Origin: the human T2T-CHM13v2.0 reference genome, Homo sapiens
Assembly (NCBI RefSeq): GCF_009914755.1
Contig: NC_060930.1
DNA length: 64,000 nucleotides
Reading direction: 5' to 3' (one strand)
Shown here: positions 11,841 through 27,009 of the stretch, piece after piece
How the letters are laid out: every line of letters starts with the position of its first letter
Numbering within the stretch: position 1 is the stretch's first letter
Made by a program: the position numbers and the translations under genes
The notes under the pieces: generated by a model
The model's database searches: none
Told to the model about the DNA's origin: nothing
The model's input: the letters and a program-made list of their open reading frames with translations, nothing else

Positions 11841-13921
11841 ACATATAAATCTATGGAGCCTCAAAGAAATGGTACTACTAAGAAATTACAGATCTAAAGA
11901 TTCGGGATAATAATGTAAACCAGTGAGCCAAGATTAAGCTGAGTCACATTTGATAGTTTAATGTAAGAAGATGCTAATTTTGAGTGTAGAAGTTTAATTT
12001 TTAAAAATATTGCTACAAATTAGATTCCTAATTTGTAATGCCATTTTAAGGGATATTATCTTTAAGAGAAAGTCATCGCAATTGGATCATTGCACGCCTT
12101 AAATTCTTAATTTAAAAGAAAATTACTCACGATGAGGAACAGTTAACTGTGAGGTCTATGCCACTGTATCGGGTACAACCAGCCACCTGGTGTAGCGAAC
12201 ACTCCACGTCTTGGAGGAATTAAGGAGTTTTTAGATAGATACATTCTTTTTAACCTTATTCAGATACCTCAAAGGTCTCATAGAGAATTTGCACTTCTCA
12301 GGGATGAAGTTTTTCTTTTTTTGTAATCTGTCCCCAAGAAGATGAGGGAACCGGGGCTTTAAGGAGTTGTAACTAAGCTGACAGCTAATGGTTTGAAAAG
12401 CCAGCATCTAAGGAGGCTTTCTCCCTCCCCCTCTTATTTCCTTCCCCCTCCCTCCATTCTTCTTTCTTTCCATTTATTTACTCTTTGCTTATGGCTCTAG
12501 TTCTTTTTATTTTTTTTCCTAAAAAAAATATCAACATAGGAAGGAACTGCTCTTTCCAAACCTACCTATTATGTGTCTGTTTCTTTAGAGATAGAGGACA
12601 GGCATCATTAATTGCAGAATAACACTTTAATAAACCTTTGGGTTATGAAACGCATATACCCCAGACCATCTTCTGGAATAGAGTGGTTTAAGACAACAAG
12701 GATATACAAATTTTGTGAAATTAATATGTCTTCATTGAGGGCAGAATTGCACATCTCAGATGATTTTTCTCCTAGAAACAACTTTTTTTTCTTCTTCTAT
12801 GGGAGCCTCAGAAAATATCTGCCTGGACTCAAAGTTGGAGAGACATGGTTCTTTGGGAACCGAGTTGGCCTCTTCACTGTGACCACAGAGAATGGTGTCT
12901 AGTGGGGACCTTGAAGAAGGCTTGACCCCTGGGCTCCAAGAGTAGCCAAACCTCCTGTTATCCCCATCAAAACGTATTTATGTCATCAAAACTTAATTAA
13001 TCATTACAATCTATAATTAGAACTAACAAGTAGTGCAGGGTTCAAGCTTGGGCAGAGAGCCAGACGGCTGATGAGGTGACCCTCACGGTGAGGACAGCAT
13101 TCCTGGGGGAGTCCCAGGAGTACCAGGCTTGGACCGCTGTTTTCAGGGCATTATTGAGCATGTGAGCCTTGAAGGGTGGAGGAGTCTGGGACACCTCGGT
13201 GTCAGGCAGATCCATGGAGCCACTCTTCACGCTTCCGTGTGCTCACAGTACTACCCTACAGTCACTGGCTCAGATTCTTGGCAAAAGGAGACAGGACGTC
13301 ATTCCTGCCTCCTGCCATCAGAAAGGGGGCCAGCCGCAGGCCTGAAGTCAGTTTCACGGAGGTGGGTGGACCAGAGCTATGACTTGAACAAAGTACATCC
13401 TTACATCTTTCTGATTGTCCACTTCCCTGGCACCTGTTACTTACAGTTTGCTCTCCTACTAACACTTAATTTTACACTCTTCTGATTATGCTCAGATTTC
13501 TCTCTCCCCAGCCAGGTTGAACCTCCATGAAGGCATCCTTCCTCTACCAGGGTTTCCATAAATACCTGCAGAAGAGCAGCCTGATGCCATAGTCCTGCGG
13601 TTTTCCACAAGATCTATTTGAGGTACAGCAGAACCATAGCTTAGAGACTTGGGATCAGAAAGTCAGAAAACGCCCAGTTCCTTAGCCCAGAATAGGCCGT
13701 TCCACACCAAGTCTAACCCTCTGAGGATCCACCTGTCCCTCATTTTTCTAAAAGGTGCTTGCAAGTCTGCACAGGTGAAGAAAGGAGAAGATAATTCCCA
13801 AGAGTGCCAAAAAGCACCCCCCGCCCCCCATCCCTGGCCCCTGTGGCAGAAACTACCCCTTTTAAAAAGTCACACAAATGGGAAAAAAACACTGGATTTC
13901 AGCTCAGCAGTTTTGGAATCA

Positions 13922-14365
<444 letters not shown>

Positions 14366-14972
14366 AAGGAAAATGAGACATGAGACTAACTGAGGCTATG
14401 GGAGTAAAATGTGGAGCGTGATGCATGTCCATGTGCAGTATGTGGAATGTGTTCAATATACAGAAGGTACTTGCTGTCGTTAGAGTTTATTTCCTTGGAA
14501 TAATGATGGTGATGATATGAAGAAGTCTTATGTTTATATAGCTCTTCAAAATTTACAAAGGACTTTTAATTATCCTCAAGAGAGTCGTATGCATTTAAAG
14601 AGCTGGTCCTGGAGAAACAGGCCTTGGCTTCCTTACAGGCAATTGATTTTTTTTATTTCAAGAAAGATAAGTCATTTCTTACTCCTTACTAACACTGATG
14701 CTTCCGTTGTGTGCCACTAAACAGAGGCATGGTCTTGGTACAAAGCCCTGGGGAGAGCACAGCTATCTCCTCTTGGTCCCAATGCCCCCACCTGACCCAG
14801 ACCAGAGATTCCAAGAGAGGCAGTGGTATGGAGGCCCACCTGGCACGTGCTGCGTGGAGATAAGGAGGGGCTGGACGCGTATCCCTAAAATGGAAGAGCT
14901 TTCCCATGAACCCCAGTTCCTTATTCCTGGACCTTAAACAGTTTATCATTTCATTGCTGTCTTTTGGTCTTC

Positions 14973-15730
<758 letters not shown>

Positions 15731-15740
15731 ACCTTTTCCC

Positions 15741-15750
15741 TCTCTCTCTC

Positions 15751-15799
<49 letters not shown>

Positions 15800-15806
15800 C
15801 ACACAC
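15741..15806. repeat. (CT)n-(CA)n microsatellite
   Basis: About 22 CA units. Confidence 0.95.
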
Positions 15807-16997
15807 TCTTCCACCTTTAAAAAAAAAGAAGAAGATGAAAACAACATTAAGGGGGAGAAATACTGAAGTATTCATATGCCCAGAAAAGTAACGTCTCCCC
15901 TACTCGAGGGCGAGACCCCTGGAAAGAATTTCTCCCTCCCTACTCTCTTTCTCTGCTCCCTCTAAAAGGTTGGAGAAAGGCTGTCAGGTTTATTCAGCTG
16001 TTTTACGTGCTTCCCCCATTTGTATTCCCTTCCAACTCATCCATTTCTCTCAATCACAGAAGGGACTTGCCGAGCAAAGCCTGACATTTTCCAGTTCTTG
16101 GGTCTGTGCCTGGAATCAACAGCCCTCACCAGGAAGGCAGAATGAATTCCCAGGATGTCAGCACAGAAGCCCTTGGGCTGCCTGGCTGTGGCTTCCCTTC
16201 CCGCCCCTGGAACCAGTGCAGGGTGATGCCAGGCTCCACGTGAACAGATGAGTGCTCCCTGAGCAGGATCATAAATCCTGCCTAAGCAGCCCTGGTGGCT
16301 TCAGGAGAGTCAACACCAGAGTGGTCCCCTTCACTCAGGATGGCCAACCTTTAAGAAAGGTTAGACGGATTTAAGGTGCAGCTTTGTGTCTGTTTGCTGG
16401 CCAAAATTTTAGTTTACCCAAAGCCCACAAGACTTCTGAAAGCTCCCTTATCCATGCGTGGGTCCAAGGTTTCCGTGATGGAGAATGTGGCCCCAGTGTA
16501 GCTGACATCACTGGTTCATCAAATGAGCTAGACTTGATGCAGAGTAAGCAAAAAAAAACAAAAACTGATGCTCCTCATCATTACCTCAACTCACCGACAT
16601 ATATATCTATCCAATTAACAGCTTTCTTGACCAGGTTTAGGTCCTAATAAGCAGTCTCATTTTTTTAGGGTTAAAAAAAGTCTAATTTAATCTAATATGA
16701 AAGCTCTAGGGTCTCCCATTTAAAGATTCTTGCCCTCAGTCCAGTGTTGACCTGCATTAGTCTTGGAAACCCACATTGGAGGAGATAGCAGAGTGGTCTG
16801 CTTCTTCAGGATTTGTCTCCCACCCTACACTCATCTCCCACCCCCTAAGCTGACTTGTTCTCCATGGGGAGACCTGCTCTACCTAGAGGAAGAGCAGGGA
16901 GATAAAGTGCAGGAAGGGGAGACAGGGCCCAAATGCTAGCTCTGATTATGGTGAGTTCTGTGAAAGTGTCCCCCTGGGGAACCCCCTTGGAGTCCCC

Positions 16998-17500
16998 TGC
17001 CCACTGCATGACTCACAGGTGCAGGTGATGCCCACTGCATGGCTCATGGATACAGAGGTGCAGGTGATGCCCCCTGCATGGTTCATGGGTGCAATGGTGC
17101 AGGTGATGCCCCCTGCATGGCTCCTGGGTACAATGGTGCAGGTGATGCCCCCTGCATGGTTCACGGGTGCAATGGTGCAGGTGATGCCCCCTGCATGGTT
17201 CATGGGTGCAATGGTGCAGGTGATGCCCTGCATGGTTCATGGGTACAATGGTGCAGGTGATGCCCCCTGCATGGTTCACGGGTGCAATGGTGCAGGTGAT
17301 GCCCCCTGCATGGTTTGTGGGTGCAATGGTGCAGGTGATGCCCTGCATGGTTCATGGGTACAATGGTGCAGGTGATGCCCCCTGCATGGCTCATGGGTAC
17401 AGTGGTGCAGGTGATGTCCCCTGCATGGTTCATGGGTGCAATGGTGCAGGTGATGCCCCCTGCATGGTTCACAGGTGCAATTGTGCAGGTGATGCCCCAC
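16998..17500 (+). repeat. 39-bp minisatellite (VNTR): 12 full units plus 2 partial units
   Basis: Consensus GTGCAGGTGATGCCCCCTGCATGGTTCATGGGTGCAATG; full units 17019-17482; two 37-bp variants. Confidence 0.97.
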
Positions 17501-18347
17501 AGGCCTGCCATTTTGATTGTTCCTCCCAGCTTCTACTTTTGGAGATCCACCCTTCACAGACTCTTCATTTGTGGTCACTTCTGGCTGCAGGTGGACCTGT
17601 TGGGAGGGACCCTTTCAAGACAGCTCAAGCTTCATGACCTTCTGCAGCAATTGCTCTGGTTCATAGGGAGCACACATTCACCCCTCTGAACTCGGAAAAG
17701 CAGGCTGCTTATACTTTGTTCTCCCACCCTATACCCAAGGGGGCCTCAGGTCAGACTTTTGTTTTCAGAATGCTACAGACAGGCTGAGATCAGGCACCCT
17801 CTCTCTCTGGGTCCTCCAGATTCCAGGGGCCACATCATGTTCTGCAAGTATTTCTCTAAAAACCCCTTCACCTGACTTCAGGAACCCCTGTCCTTTTCGT
17901 AACATGGGTGAGGGAACACCCAGCCCTCCAGACCATCAGGAATCCTGCCTTGCACCTGCTCCCTGATCGCTCTCACCCCTGGCGCAGAGCCTGCAGGCAG
18001 CCCTGGGCTCGAGGTCACACGCTTGGTTTAGGGGACCCATAGGCAGTCCTCCGTAGATGGTGCAGCGCCTTTTGTAGAGTGCAGATGCATTTGCTGCCTC
18101 TGAATCTCCTCTTTGGGGCATCAGCAGAGGACTCACTGACTACATGACTACACCTTCAGAGTACTCTCATTCCCCCAGTCCTCCCTGTGGCCATTCTACA
18201 GCCCCTTTAACCCTCGCTGCCTGGTGTCCATGCATTCTCCATCAGCTCACAAGCTCCCCCATGGAATAACTGATGAGCTCCAGTCCTAAGGCTGTCTCGA
18301 GAAGCTACAAATTCTGCCAGTCAATGTCACTAGTGTCTCTGTCCCTC

Positions 18348-18450
18348 TGGGCATGGTGACTCTCACCTGTAAGCTACTCGAGAGGCTGGGGCAGGAAGAT
18401 TGTTTGAGCCTGAGATTTCGAAACCAGCCTGGGCAACATGACGAGACTCC
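18348..18450 (+). mobile_element. Free left Alu monomer (FLAM_A-like), no A tail
   Basis: gggcatggtg..cacctgtaagctactcgagaggctg..gaaaccagcctgggcaacatgacgagactcc. Confidence 0.75.
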
Positions 18451-18999
18451 ATATTGTCTCTGTCTGCCCTGGCTCCTGATGACTTCTCCGGAGAGAGGGC
18501 TGAGATGGGGTCAGAGAGAGGAACAACAGCAAGGTGCCTGTGGGCACCTCCATTTCAGGGAGGTTCCTCTTCACCTGCAATGTGGGGCCATGGGTGCTTT
18601 TCAAGTGCATATAAGAAGACTTGGAGTCCACCCTGGAGAGTGCTTCTCTGGCTGAACTCCCAATCTAGTCTGCGTGAAGGAAGGCAGATTTCTTCTGATA
18701 ACAATACTTTGACCCAAATCTCTGCCAAACAGTGACCTGGGGCTATGACGCTACGTCTAGTCAGATTCCCTCTTCAATACGAATGGTACCATGTTCCAAT
18801 CATTCCTTCTGGAGTCGGAACAGAGGAATATTTTGTTCGTTGTCCTGTTGGAGACAAGTGGGAAGTCATCTGGCGAGGAGGGAGAAGGTGAGAGGGTGAG
18901 AGTTTGAGGCAGAGGAAGGGGCAGGAGCCCATATTGGGAACTGCAAGCGGTAACGCTTAGCTGGTTGTAGCATGCATGGGGGCGTTCGGGAGAAGGGGC

Positions 19000-19350
19000 A
19001 ATGGAGAAAGCCGAGGCTGGGTGAACAAGCAAGAAACCAGTTATGTGGGGTTTTGATGGTCATGCCAGGGATTCTGAGTTTTGTTCTAAAGGCAATGGGA
19101 ACTTCAGCTATATTAGGGGTTTTAAACAGGGATGACATGAGCAGCTTTATGTTTTAGAACAAGTACTCTGCCCCCTGAAGCGTTGGTGCCTCTCTCGAGG
19201 CAGGGAGGCCAGGTATGAGGCTGCGGCAGAAGACCAGGGAGCGGTCATGAGGCAGTGAGATTAAGAAAGTGGGATGCCTTGGAGAGAGAGCCAGGAGGTG
19301 AGGTCAACAGAGTGGCAATGTTGTGTAGTAGGAGGTAGGAGTGAGAGGAG
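19000..19350 (-). mobile_element. L2 fragment
   Basis: 'ttgttctaaaggcaatggga..ggttttaaacagggatgacatgagcagctttatgttttagaac'. Confidence 0.6.
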
Positions 19351-19929
19351 CCTGGCTTGGGGAAATGGGTGGATGGTGGTGGCATTCCTTGGGGTAGGGA
19401 ACACAGCACGGGCACATGGTGTGTGTGGAGGTGCACAGTATGATCTGGTTCCTGTTGGGGTCCCCCACCCTGCTAAGAATGGTCCTGGACCCCCCACTTC
19501 ACTGGATAGCCCTCTGTCCCTCGCTTGTCCTCATTTCACTAGGGAATAGCACAGTTGTAGAATAATTCTCAGGAGTGGCTTGTCCCTCCTTCCTCAGCTA
19601 GGGCCCAATGGATACACCCACCTCGAGGCCGGATCGTCGTAGTGTTGCAACGGCACTCCCTGTCTTGGGATGCCCTTTGGGTAAGACAGCTCCTGCAAGG
19701 TGTGGTGTCTATACACGTTGGAATAAAAAGTACCTTTGAGGTCTGTATATTGGATGTTCTACCCTGGTGTAGCTCCATTTGGTCTGCCACTTGGGGAAAT
19801 TGGGTCCGATCAGAGGTCTAATTTTATCAGACGTACAAAGCTCTTATTTAGCTTTTTCTTTGTTACCTTTGCTTATTTATTTAGCACACTCAAAGTTTAA
19901 AAACGTAATAGACTGAAGAAAAATCACCT

Positions 19930-20320
19930 ATGGCAGGGGTTGGCTAAATATCAATCCTGTTTTCTCTTCCAGGCACCCTGGGAGATTGCATTTCCCAAAT
20001 TCCATTCTACTTAGGCTGGGGCCAGATGACTGGGTTTTCGCCAGTGGAATGTGGCTGGGAGAGATTCAAGCTGCTTCTGGGCCTGGCATAAAAACCCGAC
20101 ATGCTCCTTCTTCCCCTTCTGTGACAACGTGGAAGTCCACGTGTTTAAGATGGTGGCAGCATAAGATGGAAGGAACTTAGATTCCTGAGTCACCTCCTGG
20201 AAGTGAGCTACCAAACTGCTTTCCATGTGATTTGAGTAAGGAATAGGCCTATATTGTACCAAGCCACTGAGATTTGGGGGTTGTTGTTGCAGTTATTTAT
20301 CCTAACATACTAATACAGCA
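19930..20320 (+). mobile_element. Old MLT1 (I/J-type) LTR
   Basis: 'tgcatttccca..ttaggctggggcca.atgact..ccagtggaatgtgg..aagccactgagatttgggggttg'. Confidence 0.6.
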
Positions 20321-21041
20321 GTAGATCAAGGTATTCTTCTATGACAGTAAGACCTCTCTTCTGCTGATTTTCTGTATTAAAACTTGCCTGCTGGGTCATG
20401 GGCTCATGAGAGGACAGACAGGACATCGTACAACTTCTCTAGCTAAGCTCATCAGCCTCTCATTGTACTACTTTGAAAACAGAATGCACATATTTTAATG
20501 TGTATATGCACACAGACATATTTCTAAAGCTAATTCTTGAAGTATGCACTGGCTGACAAGTACATGCTTCGAAGGAATTTGTAAATACTAGACCACAGTC
20601 AAGAAAAACAGAGTTCAAAAAATCTGTGTGCTTCCAGACAGGATTTTTTTTCAGAATTGGAAGTATAATGACGACCCCTCATGGGGCATACCCTGAAACC
20701 AACCCTCATCTCAGTACTTCTCTTTTGGAGGGAGCGACTTCTGTTGTACCTTAAATATTCTCCCCTGTCACCATCATCACGGGGACAGCTTGGCATATCT
20801 TTCCCTCCCTGCTCAAGGGTCAGCATGTAAGCAGTGGGGACTCAAGGTTAAGATGACCAGAGACAAAAGCGAGGAATCAGAACCATTGTGTATGTAAACA
20901 GAAGACTGAAGTTACAATACTTGACGATTTTTCTCTTCTCTAAGGGAGGGAAGTTAATTTTGTCCCCACTGAAGGGTTTTTACGTGATGTATCATCAGCG
21001 GAGTGAAGGGTGGGGAACCTGTTTCTATGAAGGGCCACTGA

Positions 21042-21369
<328 letters not shown>

Positions 21370-21559
21370 ACAGTATAAGATTTTTTGAAAAATTATTCAC
21401 ATCCCAAAATAAATTATAAAAGCTCATTATTTCTAGTTCATAGCCATGTAAGAGAAATAGATGTGGACCTGTTGGTATAGAGGTAGGGAGTTGTAGCTGG
21501 CCCGGTCGAGACAGAGATGGAAAAGAATTGGGAAATGATGGCAAGAAAAAGCCCCTCTC

Positions 21560-21607
21560 ACTGTCTCCCTTCCTCTTTCTCTCTCAATTTCTTTGTTTCA
21601 ATCTCTC

Positions 21608-21638
<31 letters not shown>
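21560..21638. repeat. (CT)n microsatellite
   Basis: Visible directly. Confidence 0.85.
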
Positions 21639-22774
21639 ATGCACATGCCCTAAAGCTATCACTCATATTTTAAAATGAGAAAATATTATCTGAAACGTCT
21701 CTAAAATGCTTTACCTTCTCCCCAAGATCTGGAAACCGCAGGTGCTTTGGAAAGTTTCTCTTTTTCTCATTTTCTGATAAAAAATTCAGGTTAAAAACAC
21801 CCAGCTCCAGGTTTTAGTCAACCCGTGTATATATAAATGAGCTGTGGTACTCCTCATTTCTAAGTATAAAGTCGTTCTCTCTTTTTCTGGTTTTAAAAAA
21901 CTTTTCAGGCTAAAATCACAGATTTGGGATTTAAATTTTGTGTGTTGTTACTAGAAAAGCCTCTGAAACATGTGGATTTATGCTGTGTATGCCAGATGGG
22001 CGGTAGTTGGAACCAGAGCTGACTCATGGTTTGGAAGCCACATATTTCCAGTTTGGGGTTGTGTTGTTTTGCTTTTGTTTTTAAACCCGGCATCTTTCAA
22101 TAGAGCTTGGGAGAGGAATTAGCAGAAGAGGATTCCAATCCATTCACCATTTGGGTGATCTGGATCCCTGAATTTTGCAGCTCTGGACTGAATCTCCAAG
22201 TGATCACCTAGTTCTTGCATTCAAAGCTTCTTGGACACTGACTGACCCTCACTGGGGCAGAGCCGCCCTAATTTGTAGGGTGTGTTTGTCGGCTTGCTGT
22301 TGCTCACTGTCCTTTTTAGGCAATGGCCCCTCTGTTGCTTGACAGCTTGTGATCACCTGCAGAGGATGGGAAGCGACAGCTGAGCCTTGCGTTGAAGACA
22401 TAAGCTTCTGAAAAAGGTTTGGGGAAGCAAATTCAATGCCGCCTGAATTTAGATGACTTATGGATTCAAACCCTACCTTTATTAGATTATTTGTGGGTTG
22501 AAATTCTAAAGTTAATTCAATCAAACATCTAGTAAAAATGTTACAAAATCAGCTACATGAGTCTGACATCATTGAAATGAGACCCGCTCACATAATTTGA
22601 TTATCTTTTCTCCTTACGGTCGTCACTGTAGAAATTTTTGCCCTACATAGTGAGGAAGCTGGGGCCATGTGCCGTCCAACATAACAACTGAGCTTAAACC
22701 AGAATCCCTCATGAGCTTCAGTTTTAATATACTCAAAATATTATGCATTACATGGAAATAATACATACTTGGTA

Positions 22775-22925
22775 TTTAGGGACAGAGTCTCATTCCGTAG
22801 CCCAGGCTGGAGAATAGCGGTGCAATCATAGCTCACTGCAGTTTTGAACTCCTGGGCTGAAGTGATTCTCCTGCCTCAGCCTCCCAAAGTGCTGTGATTA
22901 CAGATGTGAGCCACTACACCCCACC
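22775..22925 (-). mobile_element. Alu monomer (FRAM or internally deleted AluJ)
   Basis: Right-arm 3' part joined to left-arm 5' part; flanking acttggtat repeats. Confidence 0.8.
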
Positions 22926-24800
22926 ACACTTGGTATATTTATACCTGTAAAATATTAGAATAAACAAGTATCCTTGTAAATAAGAAGTTGACTTCTTGAG
23001 TTGGTTTCATTATGAAAATGCATATTACAGACACATTTCCTCCACCATCGTTTAAAGAAACTGAATATTCACAATTGTCCTGTTTGTTGCCTCTGACTAA
23101 TATGACTTACAACAGGATGCAGGGTCAGGACAAAATGAGAACTAGAGCTGGTTCGTTTGTATTCTGGGGTATTTATACTCTGCAAAAAAATGATGCTCCT
23201 GTACTTGCAGTGTGTATCCATAGATCATAGTTGAAATTCTACACCGAATGAACTTATCAGCTGCCTTTTTTCATCACGTTCATTGCCTCTGACAGATCTA
23301 TCCCCAGCTGGTGTTGACTTCTCCCTACAGTGCAGGGAGATCATTAATCTTGTATGTTCTCTTACTCCAAGGCCTTTTTTTCTTCTTTGCTGAGGTTTTA
23401 AAACAGATTGTGCCTGTTTCCACAGGCCTTTGAGAGATCTGTCATGTGTCCTCTTTTAAGCAGGTTGTGTAAAAACCAATTACTTGAGTATAGCTGGGGT
23501 CATGGGCATTCTGTTACCAGGGTGGGAACCTTGATTTTCTCATTCTTCCCTATGTCAAAATCAGAGTGAGGGCACTACCAACAGAAGCATTTATTACTTA
23601 GCAACTGAGAGATGCTTTCAAGACATTCTGATTGGTGATTCTTCTCCAGGGTTGGGGGAGTATCTCCATCTTGCCTCCTGGGCTGCATTGATAAGGAGCT
23701 GGACACCTCACCAAATCGTGAGTGAGAACTGCCCATAGTGAGTGAGAATGCAATTCCGAGGGCCTCAGTCACCAACGTAGACCTCCTTGTAGCTGAACTT
23801 GGCAATTGGCAAGTCTCTCGGCTGTGGAGAGAGAAAGATTGTGTCTGCACAAGCAGAATAGAGAAGTGCAATAGAATTATCTAGTGGAGGCAGGTGTTTA
23901 GAGAACTGTCAATACTTGTTGAATGAAAGGACAGGTGTACAAAACTGGACAATACACCTTAGACTTAATAAGCACTTCCTTCCCAGTAGCTGGTTATTTG
24001 TTTCTTCCCAAATTATTTAGGGAATCATCTCAACTGCCCATTTTATATCATCTCCATTTTCCGTAGCAAGAAGCTTATTGCTTTAGTATCATTATTTAAA
24101 AGTGACAAAGACACACCACTTATTGAATGTTTATACTGCTTTCACCCCACATTAAAGCTCTTCATGAAATTAAAAGCAAATGATGACAGAGCTGCAGAGA
24201 CCAAGGCTACATGCTCCCGTCAGACTTAATCCTCCATCAAAACATATCTCTTCCACGTTCCTTTAACCTGGAGACTGAGAAGTGGGAAGTGACCCACAGG
24301 GGCCCACTCAAAATCTCCTTTAAGCTCTCATTCTGAGACTTTTGGTACAGGCACCAAACAGATTGCTTTACTACATTGACAAATCCGTGCTGAACCCTTT
24401 TCCGTGCTCAGTTGTGACATTTTATTTGGACCCTCTCAGTCACCAACAGTGCTGTTCATTCTCTGATTGACATCCTTTGTTTTTTGGGATTTGATGCAAA
24501 GCACTGCAAGCTCTTGGCTGTGACCTTGGATTAACAATCTTGGTTGTCTCCTGGCTGTACCTTCAAGTCACCTGAGTGTACATCTTTCTGATTATATTTG
24601 GTCCCAAGACCCTTCTAAACTAATTCTGCCCCCTCTGGTGGAGATTTTTACCAGGTTCAGCCCAACTCTTTGAAATGGAATAAGACAAAAGGCCCAACCA
24701 ATAGGGTGGTTAACAGGAGAATGTTCATGATTTAAAAAGAGTTTGGTGATACATTGGAAAGAGTCCAATAATGCATATGAAAACACTGGCTTATTGTTGA

Positions 24801-25193
<393 letters not shown>

Positions 25194-25357
25194 TGACTGT
25201 CATGGGGATTTTTGTCTGGATTGGAGGCACCGAGGTTCCCAGGCAGGGAGAGATGGGGTTTTCATCATGATCTCTGAGGGAGCAGTTGAGCCTGTGCAGG
25301 TGGTGAGCACTTCTTCTGGGTTTATTGAGCACCTGCTCAGTGTAGGGAAAAGTTTTA

Positions 25358-26157
25358 TTATTATTATTTTTACTTTAAATTCTGGGATACATGTGCAGAA
25401 TGTGCAGGTTTGTTGCATAGGTATACATGTGCCATGGTGGTTTGCTGCACCCATCAACCCGTCTAGGTTTTAAGCCCCACATGCATTAGGTATTTGTCCT
25501 AAAGCTCTCCCTCCCCTTTCCCCCAACCCCCGAGAGGCCCTGGTGTGTGATGTTCCCCTCCCTGTGTCCATGTGTTCTCAATGTTCAACTCCCACTTATG
25601 AATGAGAACATGCAGTGTTTGGCTTTCTGTACCTATGTGAGTTTGCTGAGGATGATGGTTTCCAGCTTCATCCATGTCCCTGCAAAGGACATGAGCTCAT
25701 TCTTTTTTATGACTGATTATATACTATTGTATTACGTGGTGTATATGTGCCACATTTTCTTTATCCAGTCTATCACTGATGGGCATTTGGGTTGTTTCCA
25801 AGTCTGCTATTGTAAATAGTGCTGCAATAAACATACGAGTGCATGTGTCTTTATAGTAGAATGATTTATAATCCTTTGGGTATATACCCAGTAATGGGAT
25901 TGCTGGGTCAAATGGTATTTCTGGTTCTAGATCCTTGAGGAATTGCCACACTGTGTTCCACAATGATTGAACTAATTTACATTCCCACCAACAGTGTAAA
26001 AGTGTTCCTATTTCTCCACATCCTCTCCAGCATCTGTTGTTTCCAGACTTTAATGATCGCCATTCTAACTGACGTGAGATGATATCTCATTATGGTTTTG
26101 ATTTGCATTTCTCTAATGACCAGTGATGATGAGCTTTTTTTTTCATATGTTTGTTGG
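25358..26157 (-). mobile_element. L1PA (about L1PA7/8) 3' end, 5'-truncated, inserted into an L2 fragment
   Basis: L1 3'UTR plus ORF2 C-terminus (WQFLKDLEPEIPFDPAIPLLGIYPKDYKSFYYKDTCTRMFIAALFTIA); TSD agtgtagggaaaagtttta / agtgtggggaaagtttta. Confidence 0.95.
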
Positions 26158-26375
26158 AGTGTGGGGAAAGTTTTAAGGACTAGGGCTATAGAGGAGAACC
26201 AGATACACAAGAAGCTTGATAGAGTTCACACAGCTTCTATCTTAGTAGATGAAGAAAAGAAGAAAGAAACAGTACGTAAATAAGATGTGTTTGGGTAGTC
26301 CACTGCCAGGAACCTACCTGGGGAGGGAGTGCTGATTGGACCCCCTTCATCTCCTGCCTCTCCATCTTCTAGTAG

Positions 26376-26577
<202 letters not shown>

Positions 26578-27009
26578 AGCCTCTACTCTTAAGCATTCCT
26601 CACCACTATGCCCAAAAGAAATAGTCAGGCCACTATCCACAGACTTCTACCAAGGATGCGATCACTTCTGCTCTCAGGGCCTCATCTTCCTCATCTATAA
26701 CATGGATGGGTGAGACTTGATCTTAAGATCTTTCCTACCTCTATGATTTTGATTTTGAGGCTATGAGAAACTGAAGTGGGTGGGACGGGGACAAAGGTAG
26801 CTCTCCCCCATTCTGTGCCTAGAAAGCTGTGTTACAAGTGTTGGGTGGGGGGCAGTATTTTTAAGTCAAAGGTCATAGTTTCCCCACCATTTTTTGAACA
26901 GTGCCTGATATGGGGCTGAGAGCCCCAAATATGTCTAATAAGTACCTGCTTATTATTGGATTATTGGTCTTGCCATCATCTGGACCATCACTGTCGTCAC
27001 GGCTACCAC

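Noticed and set aside
16998-17500. CRISPR-like array
   Set aside because: Contiguous tandem units with no unique spacers; eukaryotic context
16946-17689. Repetitive ORFs (GITCTIAP.NHAG, HHLHHCTHEPCRG, VQVMPPAWF) suggesting a His/Cys-rich repeat protein
   Set aside because: The 39-bp unit happens to be stop-free in all frames and is frameshifted by 37-bp units; no promoter or splice support
25547-26210. ORFs resembling a real protein
   Set aside because: Frameshifted L1 ORF2 C-terminus in a truncated L1PA; not a functional gene
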